From positions 69,433,098 through 69,497,097 of the forward strand of contig NC_057718.1 in assembly GCF_004010195.1 (NCBI RefSeq): 64,000 nt of DNA, written 5' to 3'. A model generated the notes under the pieces. That model was not told where the DNA came from and did not search any database. It saw nothing but the letters and a program-made list of their open reading frames with translations. Source of the stretch: Chiloscyllium plagiosum (taxonomy: Eukaryota). A program made the position numbers and the translations under genes. Positions 24,235 to 37,337 of this stretch are shown piece by piece (position 1 is the stretch's first letter; each line of letters opens with the position of its first letter).

Positions 24235-26180
24235 TTGTGCATTCTCATCCAAATTATTGAAATAGATAACAAACAGCAATGGGCCCAGCACCAACCTCTG
24301 AGGTACACCAATAATCACAGGCCTCCAGTCTGACAAGCATTCTTCAATTATTATACCCTGCTTCCTACGTGAAGCCAGTTTTGTATCCAATTTGCTAGCT
24401 GCCCCTGGATTCCATGGGATCTAACCTTTCAGAGTAGTCTACCATGTGGAACCTCACCAAAGGCCTTACTGAAATCCATAAAGACTACATCTGCCGTCCT
24501 GCCCTCATCAACCTCCCTGGTCACTTCATCAAAGAAATCTAACAAATTTGTGAGGCATTATCTTGCAAGCAAAAAGCCATGCTGACTACTCCTAATCAAA
24601 CCCTGTCTTTCCAAATGCATGTATATCTTATCCCTCAGAATCTTCTCAAGTAACATAGCAACCACAGGTGTTAAGCTATTATGAAAGAAGCAATAGCAGG
24701 GCACTTTTTATTCAAGGTAATTAGAAGGATTCAACATGATAACATGAAAGTAAAATCATGTTTCCCCAATCTATTGGAGTTCTTTGAGGAAGTAACATGC
24801 TGTGGATGAAGGGCAAACTGAGGATGTACTGTATTGAAAAGTATTCAAAAGTCATTTGATAAAGTATCACATCAAAGGTTGTTGCAGATATTGAAACTTC
24901 ATGGACTACGGGTAGCATGTTAACATGGATAAAAGATTAGTGGGCGACACGGTGGCACAGTGGTTAGCACTGCTGCCTCACAGCGCCAGAGACACGGGTT
25001 CAATTCCTGCCTCAGGCGACTGACTGTGTGAAGTTTGCACATGTCTGCGTGGGTTTCCTCCGGGTGCTCCGGTTTCCTCCCACAGTCCAAAAATGTGCAG
25101 GTTAGGTCAATTGGCCATGCTAAATTGCCTGTAGTGTTAGGTGCAGGGGTAAATGTAGGGGAATGGGTCTGGGTGGGTGTGCTTTGGCGGGTCGGTGTGG
25201 ACTTGTTGGGCCGAAGGGCCTATTTCCACACTAACTAATCTAATCTAATTAGGTGAAATTGAGGACTGCAGATGCTGGACATTAGAGTCAAGATTAGAGT
25301 GGTGCTGGAAATGCACAGCAGGTCAGGCAGCACCTGAGGAGCAGGAAAATTGACGTTTCCAGCAGGAGCCCTTCATCAGGAATGGGTAAAAGATTGGCTG
25401 GCCAACACAAGGCAGAGGAGACAAAAGTGGGTCTTTCATGTTGACAGGATGTAATGAGTGGTATGCCATAGATATTGATGCTGGGACCTCAACTGTTTCA
25501 GTGCAGAAAAACGACTGGAGGAAATGATGGAAAGTATGGCTGTTACATTTGTTGATGACACAAATATAGCAAAAAGGCAAGTTGTGAAAAACCATAAGGA
25601 GACTACAAAAAGATAGGTTAAGTGACAGGCAAAGATCCTGCAAATATAGTATGCAAGAAAATATAAAATTATCTATTTTGGTAGCACAAACATAAATGCA
25701 TATATTGAACTGGTGAGAGCTTGCTGAGCTGAGATGCAAAGGGATCTTGATATCCGAGTGCATGAATCATGAAAGGCAGTACAGCAAGTAATTAGGAAAA
25801 GTTAATGGAAAGTTGTTATATACCACAAGGGGAAATGAATACAAAAATAGGAGATTATGTTTAGTTGTACAGGGCACTTGTGAGACCACTTGTGAGTGCT
25901 GCGTACAGTATCACTTAAGGATGTAAATGCGTTTGAAGCAATTTGGAGAAGGTTAATTAGATTAATCAGATGAGATGGGCAGTTGTCTTATGAGTGAAGA
26001 TTAGACAGGCTAGGTTTGTATCCACTAGAGGTTAGAAGAATCAAAGGCAACTTGATGAAATGGAACAATCTTGACAGGGTAGATGATGAAAGGATATTTC
26101 CTTTCATGGGAGATTCTTTAAATGGATATCAATATCTAGAAATAAGGGAGTCAGACATTTACAAACAGAGATAATAAATT
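24235..26180. mobile_element. CR1 RT fragments (minus 24235-24670, plus 24680-26180)
   Basis: SDWRPVIIGVPQRLVLGPLLFVIYFNNLDE motif and a decayed plus-strand RT. Confidence 0.75.
24942..25249 (+). mobile_element. HE1-type V-SINE, near full-length
   Basis: gggcgacacggtggcacagtggttagc head; ctaatctaatctaat tail. Confidence 0.95.
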
Positions 26181-26457
26181 ATATAAACATCTGGGCTCCT
26201 CAAATTCTGGCTTTTTTGTGCACCATTGATTTTAATTGCTCACTGTTGGCTGCAGTGTCTCGAGTTACGTCGGCAATAAGCTGTGAAGTTCTATCTTTAA
26301 GCTGCTGATCTCTTTATCACTCTGTCTTTCTAGTATCTCATGTGGGCCAATATAAATTTTTTGGCTGATCTTGCCTGTGAAGCACTTTGAGACTAAACTT
26401 GCTGTGCAAATGCGAGCTGTTGTTACAGTGATCTTTTCATGAAAGATCTTTCTGCTA

Positions 26458-26871
<414 letters not shown>

Positions 26872-28738
26872 TCACTATTAAAAACCTAACATTGTATCTA
26901 GAAAACTACCGACTTACAAGCTTGCTAAACTGTATTTAGGACTACTGTCTTTTTAATTAGTCACTTGGTAGAACAGAGTTTGAGTAATGCTGAAGAGACA
27001 TACTGATAAAACTTTTTATTTTGCACTCAACAGAACAAAATTGTAAGAAACCCAAACCTCAAAAGGAATAAAAAAATTGACTTCTTATTCTTGAAGTTCT
27101 ATCCGGATGAATACATTGAAAAACTTGGACAATATGTCTTTTATTCAGCAAGGCCCTTATAATGATAAATAATGGGTTTATGGTCTTTGATGAAAACATA
27201 ATCTAGATAAATAAAAACATCTTTCTGATGGTATTTTTAAGGAAGGTGGTGAGTCTCAGGAATCAAGTGCAACTTCACATAAAATTCGCATACTTTTTTA
27301 ATGGCTAGCAAATTAGTTATTGTTTGTTGTGGTTAATAATCCATTCAAGAACTACAGCTAATGGAATGTGAATGATTGTAAAGCCTGCCGGAATGGATCT
27401 CTCCACACAGAAACTCAATTTATGGGTGATGGTCTGGTATGGATTACCACAATCCCAATTTGAACTGTTACTTATATTCTACTTGTTGAGCAAGTGGCAG
27501 TATCTTTTTTGGACCATCCACAAGTGGTTAAGGATTGTCCAGACTTCCAATGGAAAGTTGAAATTGGAGATGTACTTATATCCTAGAACTCCTCAGCCAC
27601 TAACATTGTTGGAGCATCTATATAATCAGTTCAGGGTAGAGGTTCACTATCCACCTTCTTATAAAAAACTAAGGATGTCCAATAATGGTGGCCTTCCCAA
27701 GCATGAATCTTTCAAACCTCTATACATTTTTAATATAGTGGTAGCATAGCATGGATAGTGATTTATGTAACCCAGTAGGGTCCATTGAAATCTACTTAAT
27801 CTATTTTTACAGCTGAGTGGCAGAACTCCATCATCACAATCACAAAGACATATAAAATAAAATTATTTTGAGGCAAAAATTGGATGAGGGAGAGAAAGGT
27901 AAGAAGATCATTCAGTATAATTAACCCAGAAAAGCACACACTATTGAGTGGCTGCATACTGCAGCAGAAAGTCAAAGGTCACAGCTGGCACCAAAAAAAT
28001 CAGCCTGCATGACTTAAAACAAGTCTGAGAGCAGGCATTCGAAGTGGCTTGGTAAAAGAGTCAGACTTGGAAGAAGTCTAAACATGGCACAAGAGAACAG
28101 AAAGCATGGCCTGAGAAACAGCACTAGAGACCCTGGTGATGTAGATAGCAGAAGAGACCTTCTATTCATCAGCAACTGTTTAGATACTGTGAAGGTAGCA
28201 AAAGAACTGCTAGAGATGGCCAGCATTCTAACTCTGAGTACCTGAATGCAGTGTCTCAAGTTCAATAATCCTTCTCACGTGATGTGAAAGCATCAAATAA
28301 AGCCACAAAATCTGTTCAGTTTAGCAGCCCATCTTCATTCACACAGCAACAATTTGTATCAGATTCATGGTTTAATAAACTCACCCTATTTGTTAAATAG
28401 AGTTAGATTGCTCCTTTTAAAACTGGGAAAAATATAAGCCCGAGGAAAGTGATCATTTTTACATTAATCTTGTTGAAATTGACCAAGGAGTGGATGAATA
28501 GAGAAGGTGAACCAGTTCATTCTTTCTCACTCAAAAACCAAATGGTTTGAGATTGTACTGAACAGGGGAATTTCACGTGGGATCCAACCATAATGCTAAC
28601 CATAGTAGAACAACACTGAAAGTTGATATTAATTCAGTGAATGTGGTCGAAGCTTGCTATTTCAATGAGAATATATGATATTGAGTAATCGAGGGGGCAT
28701 TAAGTCTACCAGCAAAATATTTAAAGATAAGTACACAC

Positions 28739-28867
28739 CTACAAATCGTTTCTTTCCTGCTACGTCAAACTCTGATTGTGGAATCATGTGGAATGGCCGT
28801 ATGGTGTGCTCCTTCTTTGTTGGAGGATCAGCTATGGTTGGCAAAGTAGTTGTAATCAGCTGAAAAC
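28739..28867 (-). CDS. FNDC1: FNDC1 exon (GFQLITTTLPT...IPQSEFDVAGKKRFV)
   Basis: Acceptor cttttcttgtattttccaag|GT, donor GTA G|gtgtgt, 129 nt, phase 1 to 1; EFDVAGKKRFV motif. Confidence 0.88.
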
Positions 28868-29537
28868 CTTGGAAAATACAAGAAAAGTGCTGTTAAGGTA
28901 CTACAAGAAACAGGATTAATCAATCTTTCCGCACTTGTTTCAATACTGCCATCAAAAGGACACAGCGTTCAGTTATCACAAAAATCAAGAAAGTGTCAAG
29001 TCATAGGACACAATCATTCAGCCCACTGTATCTGCACCAGCTCTCCAAAAGAGCATCATGACTTAATGCCACCCTCAATACACATTGTTTCTATTTAAAT
29101 AATCATCTAACACCCTCTTGAATATCTTGATTGAAACTATCCCCATCATGGATCCAGGCAGTACATTTAGACTCAAACCACTTGTGAATAAAGCTTTTAC
29201 TCACATCATACCTGCGTCGTTTGCAAATCACTTTAAATCGCTGCCCTCTCATTCACTATCTTTTTACAAGTGGGGAGTTTCTCCTCTATCTGGTCCCCTC
29301 ATGATTTTGAGAATGTCTATTAGATCTTTTTTTAGACTTTTCTTGAAGGAGAATCTTTCCAATTTATCCTCATAACTGAAGTTTCTCATCCCTTGAACTA
29401 TTCTTGTAAATCTCTCCAATGCACTCTCTCCAGTGCATTCTCATCCTTTGTATAGTGTGGATACAATACTCTTGGTGATGTCAAACAAGTTCAGTATAAC
29501 CTCCTTACTTTTGAATGTTATGCTCCTATTGATAAAA

Positions 29538-30185
29538 TCTTTGAGGAGAAAGTGAGGTCTGCAGATGCTGGAGATCAGGTGGGAAATTGCAGTCCTTGAA
29601 GAAGGAGGCCATCTGGGTTGTACGTTTTTGGAACTGGTCCTCCTGGGAGCAGATGCGGCGGAGACGAAGGAATTGGGAGAATGGGATGGCGTTTTTACAG
29701 GGGGCAGGGTGGGAGGAGGTGTAGTCCAGGTAGCTGTGGGAGTCGGTCGGTTTGTAATAGATGTCCGTGTTGATTCGGTCGCCTGAGATAGAAATAGAAA
29801 GGTCGAGGAAGGGGAGGGAGAAATCTGAGACTGTCCAGGTGAATTTGAGGTCGGGGTGAATTCGGATTTCACCAGTTTCCTCATTTCCCCTCCCCCCACC
29901 TTGTCTCAGTCAAATCCATCGAACTCAGCACTGCCTTCCTAACCTGCAATCTTCTTCCTGACCTCTCCGCCCCCACCCCAGTCTGACCTATCACCCTCAC
30001 CTTGACCTCTTTCCACCTATCGCATTTCCGACACCCCTCCCCCAAGTCCCTCCTCCCTACCTTTTATCTTAGCCTGCTGGACACACTTTCCTCATTCCTG
30101 AAGAAGGGCTTATGCCCGAAACGTCGATTCTCCTGTTCCCTGGATGCTGCCTGACCTGCTGCGCTTTTCCAGCAACACATTTTCA
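29538..30185. mobile_element. PLE family A insertion with internal inversion and 16-bp TSD
   Basis: TSD gctcctattgataaaa at 29522-29537 and 30186-30201; inverted terminal piece, minus-strand RT thumb segment, then plus-strand 3' end with hammerhead. Confidence 0.85.
30095..30128 (+). ncRNA. Minimal hammerhead motif (PLE family A terminal repeat)
   Basis: ttc-CTGAAGA-A-GGGC-ttat-GCCC-GAAA-C-GTC-gat; palindromic ACGT stem III, very short stem I. Related, variably mutated copies begin at 34121, 36126, 38251, 39861 and 54738 (+) and near 25379, 34609, 39851 and 58535 (-). Confidence 0.7.
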
Positions 30186-30214
30186 GCTCCTATTGATAAA
30201 ACCCAGGATACTAT

Positions 30215-32900
30215 ATAAACATAGAACATAGAATGTTGTGCCAAATTAAACTAATCCCTTCTTTTTGCCCTTGGTCCATATCCCTTCATTCTTCAAATAT
30301 TCATGTGTTCATCTAAAAGTCCATTAAACACCCCTAATGTATCTGCTTCTACCACCCCTTGCAGAGTGTTCCAGACTCCTAACACTCTGCGCAAAAAAAC
30401 ATCTCCTTTGAACTTTCTCCCTCCCACCTTAAATGCGTACCCCGAATATCAGATATTTCAACTCTGGGAAAAAGATTCTGACTGTCAACCCTATCTTTCC
30501 ATCCAATAATTTTATAGACTTCTTATCAAGTGTCCTATTAGACTCCACACCTCCAGAGAAGAAAATCAGAGTTTTTCTAGCCTCTCCTTATAGTTCATAC
30601 CCTCTAACCAGGCAGCATCTGGGTAAACCTCTTCTGCACACTCTCCAAAGCCTCCACGTCTTTTGTGTAATGTGGCGACCAGAATTGAATGCAATACTGT
30701 AAGTGTAGCCGAGCCAAAATCTTATAAAGCTGCAATGTGACATCCTGACTCTTGTACTCAATTCCCCAACCAATGTAGGCAAATACACATAGGCCTTCTT
30801 TACCACCCTATCTACTTGCATGGCCTCTTTGAGGGAGCTATGGACTTGAACACCAAGATCCCTCTGCATATCAATGCTCTTCAGAATCCTGCCATTAACT
30901 ATACTTTTCCTTACCATTTGATCTTCCAATTTGTGATTAAACCCCATCTGCCAGTTCTCTTCCCATGTCTGCAATGATCAATATCCCATTGTATCTTTTG
31001 ATAATTCCTATCAAATTGCATTACCTCACACTTCACTGCATTGAACCTCCTTGCCACTAACCACCCACTCCACCAACACATCCATGTCATTTTTAAGTTC
31101 TAAGTTGTCCTCCTCTCAACTTACTATGCTTGTAAGTTTTGCATCATTTGCCAACTGTGAAATTACCACCTGGACATAATTATCTAGATCATTAATATTG
31201 TCAGGAAAGCAAGGATTCCAGTATTGACCCCGAGAGAACCTCATGACAAATGTTAGCCCAACTTGAAAAATATCCTTTGACCATTATTCGCCATTTCATA
31301 TTATTCAGCAAAATTTGTGTCCAGATTAGATTACTTTTTTACATTACTTACAGTGTGGAAACAGGCCCTTCGGCCCAACAAGTCCACACCGACCCGCCGA
31401 AGCGCACCCACCCAGACCCATACCCCTACATGTACCCCTTTTTACCTAACACTATGGGCAATTTAGCATGGCCAATTCACCGGACCTGCACATCTTTGGA
31501 CTGTGGGAGGAAACCGGAGCACCCGGAGGAAACCCACGCAGACACGGGGAGAATGTGCAAACTCCACACAGTCAGTCGCCTGAGTCCACATTGCTACTGT
31601 TCCTTTTATTCTATTGCTTTTACTTTTCTCACAACCTATTTTGTGACACTATACTGAATGCCTTTTGGAAGTCCATGTACACCACATTAAGTGTATTATC
31701 CTCACTATCTGTTCCCTCTTCAAAAACAATTCCAGCAAGTTAGTTAAGCACAACGTCTTTAAAAATCCACATGGGCCTTTCCTAATCAATCCCTTTTATT
31801 CCACGTGTTCCAAATTCTATCCTGAATAATTGTTCCTAGAAGCTCTCTGGTCTGTAATTGCTGGGGTTTTTCTTATAACTGTTGTGATACAAAGGTGTGA
31901 TGTCTGCAAATCTCTTTATTTCTGGCACCTCCCCCAGGTCTCTGAAAGATTATGTAAGATGGGCCAATGCCCTGTGCAATTTCAACTCATTCTTCCTTCA
32001 ATATCCTGGGATTTACTTCATCCACTTCCAGTGACTTGACAACTTAAAATATCCACAGTCTATCCAAAAGACCTTCATTATAAATTTTTAGCCCTTTTAG
32101 TGATACAATTTCCTCCCATATTTCTATGGTCTGAGTGGCATCTAGCTCTTTGGTAAGGTCAGATGCAAAGCATTCATTTAACACTTTAGTCATACCCTGC
32201 TTCCACATGTACATTTCCTTTTGGGTCTATGAACAGCCATTCTCCTCCTTTAACCTGTACTTTACAATTTATATGCTTAAATTCTGTGTGGCTGTTAGTC
32301 TCTTCTCAGATTTTCTATTTGCTTCCGCTATTACTGTTTTGACCTCCCTCTGAACTTCCTATATTCCTCTTACTTATCAATTAGACTTTCTACCTGATGT
32401 AGAACACTTGTTCTTTATTGTCTTTGTCATTAGGGAAACTTTGGATTAGCTTGTCCTACCTTTCCCTTTTGAGGAAAGATACTTGAACATCTCTTTTGAA
32501 GGTAGCCAATTGTATAGTGACAGTTTTTCTCATCAACCTTTCATTCCAATCTATCCATCTCAGCTCTATTCTTGCCCCACTGAAGTCTACTTTCCACCAA
32601 CTGAATTTTCTTACTCAGGATTGACCATTTTCATTCTCACCATTATCCTGAACCTTATAATACAATAATCTCTGTCTCCTTAATGTTCGCACAGAATCTT
32701 GATCCATTTGGCCCAGCTCATTTCTTAGAACATGGTCCAACAATGCATCCTTTCCTGTTGATTAGAACCATATTGCTGCAGGAAGTTCTTTGGAACACTA
32801 TCTAGAAATGCTTGTCCTTTGCTGCTCTTACACCCCTAATATCCTGGTCTATATCTAGGTCATTGCGATGTTGGCATCTCTTTGTAATTTCCCCGCAGAT
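30215..32900 (-). mobile_element. CR1 LINE fragments
   Basis: ENWQMGFN...QRDLGVQVHSSLKEAMQVDRVVKKAY plus older ORF2 remnants. Confidence 0.7.
31323..31586 (-). mobile_element. HE1-type V-SINE, 5'-truncated
   Basis: Very similar to 23696-24012 but lacks the tRNA head. Confidence 0.9.
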
Positions 32901-32975
32901 TTGATTGCCAAATTATTCAATAACGTGGAGGCCTTTTAGCCTATTGAGTCTGTACCACAAAAATTACATAAACGT

Positions 32976-33322
32976 GGGGCGGCACGGTGACTCAGTGGTT
33001 AGCACTGCTGCTTCACAGCGCCAGGGACCCAGGTTCAATTCCAGTCTTGGGCGACTGTCTGTGTGGAGTTTACACATTCTCCCCTTGTTTGCATGGGTTT
33101 CCTCCGTATGCTCCAGTTTCCTCCCACAATCCAAAAATGTGCAGGTTAGGTGAATTGGCCATACTAAATTGTCCCATAGTGTTCAGGGATGTGTAGGTTA
33201 GGTACATTAGTCAGGGGTAAATATAGGGTAGGGGAATGGGTCTGGGTGGGTTACTTTTCGGAGGGTCGGTGTGGACTTGTTGGGCGGAAAGGCCTGTTTC
33301 CACACTGTAGGGGTTCTATGAT
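32976..33322 (+). mobile_element. HE1-type V-SINE
   Basis: Full head, V-domain and tail. Confidence 0.9.
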
Positions 33323-33384
33323 TTACACTAAATATACACTAGTCCCACTCTGGAAGTAGGCCCATCGTGTGTTCAGTGAATTGG

Positions 33385-34245
33385 GAATACCTCCGTCTCT
33401 GCCGTATCTGCTCCCAGGAGGACCAGTTCCACCACAGAACACACCAGATGGCCTCCTTCTTTAGAGACCGCAATTTCCCTTCCCACGTGGTTAAAAATGC
33501 CCTCCAACGCATCTCGTCTACATCCCGCACCTCTGCCCTCAGACCCCACCCCTCCAACCATAACAAGNNNNNNNNNNNNNNNNNNNNNNNNNNNNNNNNN
33601 NNNNNNNNNNNNNNNNNNNNNNNNNNNNNNNNNNNNNNNNNNNNNNNNNNNNNNNNNNNNNNNNNNNNNNNNNNNNNNNNNNNNNNNNNNNNNNNNNNNN
33701 NNNNNNNNNNNNNNNNNNNNNNNNNNNNNNNNNNNNNNNNNNNNNNNNNNNNNNNNNNNNNNNNNNNNNNNNNNNNNNNNNNNNNNNNNNNNNNNNNNNN
33801 NNNNNNNNNNNNNNNNNNNNNNNNNNNNNNNNNNNNNNNNNNNNNNNNNNNNNNNNNNNNNNNNNNNNNNNNNNNNNNNNNNNNNNNNNNNNNNNNNNNN
33901 NNNNNNNNNNNNNNNNNNNNNNNNNNNNNNNNNNNNNNNNNNNNNNNNNNNNNNNNNNNNNNNNNNNNNNNNNNNNNNNNNNNNNNNNNNNNNNNNNNNN
34001 NNNNNNNNNNNNNNNNNNNNNNNNNNNNNNNNNNNNNNNNNNNNNNNNNNNNNNNNNNNNNNNNNNNNNNNNNNNNNNNNNNNCTTATCTCTCCACGCTC
34101 CAGGCTCACTGCCTTTATTCCTGATGAAGGGCTTTTGCCAGAAACGTCGATTTTACTGTTCCTCGGATGCTGCCTGAACTGCTGTGCTCTTCCAGCACCA
34201 TTAATCTAGAATCTGGTTTCCAGAATCTGCAGTCATTTTTTTACC
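33385..34245 (+). mobile_element. PLE family A fragment spanning the assembly gap
   Basis: YLRLCRICSQEDQFHHRTHQMASFFRDRNFP before the gap; terminal repeat with hammerhead after it. Confidence 0.75.
33568..34083. other. Assembly gap (516 N)
   Basis: Run of n. Confidence 1.
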
Positions 34246-34349
34246 TTCAGTGTTATGATACTTCCATTGCTCATCCAATTAAATTTTAGGTTGGGAGGTA
34301 CTTTACTCAACTCCCCCCGCACCCGCTCCGCTCCCAACCCACTCCAGAC

Positions 34350-36590
34350 CTCTACCCCCTTCTAGTTGAAAAAACTTTTCGTCAAGTCCTCTCTGAACAT
34401 TCTGTCTTTCACCTTAAAAGCGGCCACATTATTATTGTCCCTTTGACTAATGCGGATAGCAACTTTCTATCCAGGACGAGAAAGTGAGGACTGCAGATGC
34501 TGAGATCAGATCGAGAGTGTGTAGCTGGGAAAGCACAGCAGGTCAGGCAGCATCCAAGGAGCAAGAGAGTCAACATTTCAGGCATAATGCCTTCATCAGG
34601 AAACCCTCATGAAGAGCTTGTGCCCAAAATGTCAACTTTCTTGCTCGTCAGATGCTGCCTGACCTGCTGTGCTTTCCCAGCAACACACTGTCAACAGCAA
34701 CTTTCTATCCACCTTGTAACTTTCTGTATGTGCCCCTAATAATCTTATACACCTCTATCAGATCCTCCCTCAAATTTCTCTGCTCCAAAGAAATCATCTG
34801 AGCTTATCTAGCCTCTCTTCATAGCCAAGATGTTCCATCCACACAACATCCTCTTGATCTCCTCTGCACCCTGTCCAGTGCAATCACATCCTTCCTGTAG
34901 TGTGGAGAACAGAACTGCACACACTTTTCCAGCTGTGGCCCAACCAAAGTCTTGTCCAGATCCAATATAATCTCTTTGCTTTTATAATCAATGCCTTGAC
35001 TGATAAAGACAGAAATCTTGTATGCCTTAACAACTCTGTTAACCTGTTCCACTGCCATCATGAATTGGTGGATAAGAAACATAAAAACCCTCTTGTTCTT
35101 CTGAGCTTCCTAGTGTCCTGTAATTGCATTGCCTTGTCCTGTTTCTTCAACCTCATATTTACTTTAAATTTACCTTAAATCATGTTAACTGATCTGCCCA
35201 TCTGACCAATCTGTACATATCCTTCTATAACTTCCTTCTTCCTCATTGTCAATGACGTAGCCAATCTTCATATCATTCACAAACTTACTATCATCACCTC
35301 TACATTCTCATTGACATTGTTTCTGTATATCACAAATAACAAAGGACCTAACTCTGAACCACTGGACACAGGCCCCCAGTCACACAAACAACTTTCTGCC
35401 ACCACCCTCTGTTTCTTGTCATTGAGCCAATTTTGAATCCAACTTCCCAAGTTACTCTGGACCCCAGGTGCTTTTACCTTCTTTGTCAGTCTTCCACTCA
35501 TTGAAGACCTTACTGAAATGCATATAAACTACATCAACTGCAATTCCTTCACCTCCACACTTGGTCAACTCCTGAAGAATTCAAACAGATTTGTTTGGCA
35601 TTACCTTAGTAATGCTATCATTTGTCAAACCTTGCCTCTCTAATTTTCTCCTTCAGAATTTTCTCCAAAAGATTCCCTACCAATGATGAGAGATTCATTG
35701 CTATGTAGTTCCCTGGTCTATCTCTATCTCTCTTCTTGTAAAGTGGAACCATATTAGCTGTCCTCCAGTCCTCTGGCAACTTCCCTGTGGCTGGAGAAGA
35801 ATTAAAAATTAGTGTCAGCAGCCCTATGATTTCCTTCCTCATCTCCCACAGTAGCCAGGGATAGATCGCATCTGGATCTTGAGATTTTTCGACTATTAAA
35901 TCTGCGAAACTTCCAATACCTCCTCACTCTCTATATCAAACTCCTCACGAACCTCACATCGCCTTTTCAAATTCTGTACCTACATCCTCCTTCACCTGAG
36001 TAAAGACAGATGTGAACTTTAATACTCTCCAAATGTCCTCCTCCTCTGACTTCTTCTCCAATTGAGCCCTACCTCTTTCCTCTTGATATACTTCTAGAAT
36101 ATGTTAGACATCTCTCTAATCTTTCCTGAAGAAGGGCTCATGCCTGAAATGTCGATTCTCCTGCTCCTTGGATGCTGCCTGACCTGCTGCGCTTTTCCAG
36201 CAACACATTTTCATCTCTCTAATCTTGCCTGCCAATATTTTCCCACATGTTCTCTTTGTTCTCCTAACTGCCTAATTTAGATCCTCTCAGTATTTTCAAT
36301 ACTTCGCTAGGGCCTCCATTGATTTGTTGCGTATGCGTCTGGTATATTTTCCTTTTCCTTTTTGTCCAGTCCTGAATATTTTGGACATCCCAAGTTCTCT
36401 GGGCTTGTTGCTCTTACATTTCACCTGAAAGGGAATATATTGGGCCTGTACTCTCCCCAGTACTGTTTTGATTGTCTCCCGTTGTTCTGAAGATACACCC
36501 TCCAGTAACTGTTGCTAAATCCCACCCTATTTTACTAAAATCTGCCTTCCCCCAATCTAAAACACTTTTTTGTTGGCCATCTTTCTCTTT
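34350..36590 (-). mobile_element. CR1 LINE ORF2 remnant
   Basis: ATGKLPEDWRTANMVPLYKK...PGNY; WIQNWLNDKKQRVV...GPLLFVIY; LEKCVQFCSPHYRKD. Confidence 0.85.
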
Positions 36591-37337
36591 TTCGATATGT
36601 TATAAACAGGAAAGGTCGAACCCCTATGATAATTAAAACCGACATACCCAGAGAAGCTTGCCTTGCCTTTATAATCTATTAAAAGTGTGGTTAGGTGAAA
36701 GAAAATCCATGATCTTCACTTTATAAGCAACAAGTAACAATTTATTGATTTAACCCTAACAGTGAACAAATTAACTGAATTACTAGCAAACTGAACAATT
36801 CCCCCCTAACTGCTAACTGTTCCCTGACCGGACCAAATTCTACTGGGATGCTGTTCCAATTAACACAAGCTCCGCTTATATAAACCCAAGTAATAATAAA
36901 AAATAAATTAAAACTTAGTCTCTCAAAGTCTATACAGAATGTGCCTTCTGGAATGCTCTGCCTTCACTGCTGTCTCTAGTCAGAAAAGCCTTTCTTCTGC
37001 TGTTCTCAAGTCACAAACAGCTTTCTTCTGCTGATCCTACTGTCAGGAGTGTTTTCTCTGTGACTTCTTCTCTGAGGATTCTTAGCTAGAAGTGCCTTCA
37101 TGGATAGATGGTGCTTTCTTAAAGAGTTTAGAGATAATTTGTAAGAGCTAGATGTTTATTTCTCAGATGGCAGTTCCCTCTGACCCGATTTTCAAAAACC
37201 CTCTCCTTATATACCTTGGATGACAAATCAATTTTTGTACATTGGTCCAAGGTTGTCAAAACCATCTGATTTAAATTTAATTGGCTTTCAGTCTATAAGC
37301 ATTTGGTTTAAATTAATTGACTGATTTAAGCTAGTTG

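Noticed and set aside
23696..25249. tRNA genes or CRISPR-like repeats
   Set aside because: The A/B boxes belong to SINE heads with V-domain and LINE-like tail; the repeats are dispersed retroelements, with no repeat-spacer periodicity or cas genes.
28860..28868. Alternative ttttcag acceptor 8 nt inside the exon
   Set aside because: Gives phase 0, incompatible with the phase-1 upstream exon; the ccaag site follows the pyrimidine tract directly.
33339..34209. Long ORFs of 226-280 aa
   Set aside because: Artefacts of translation through the N gap.
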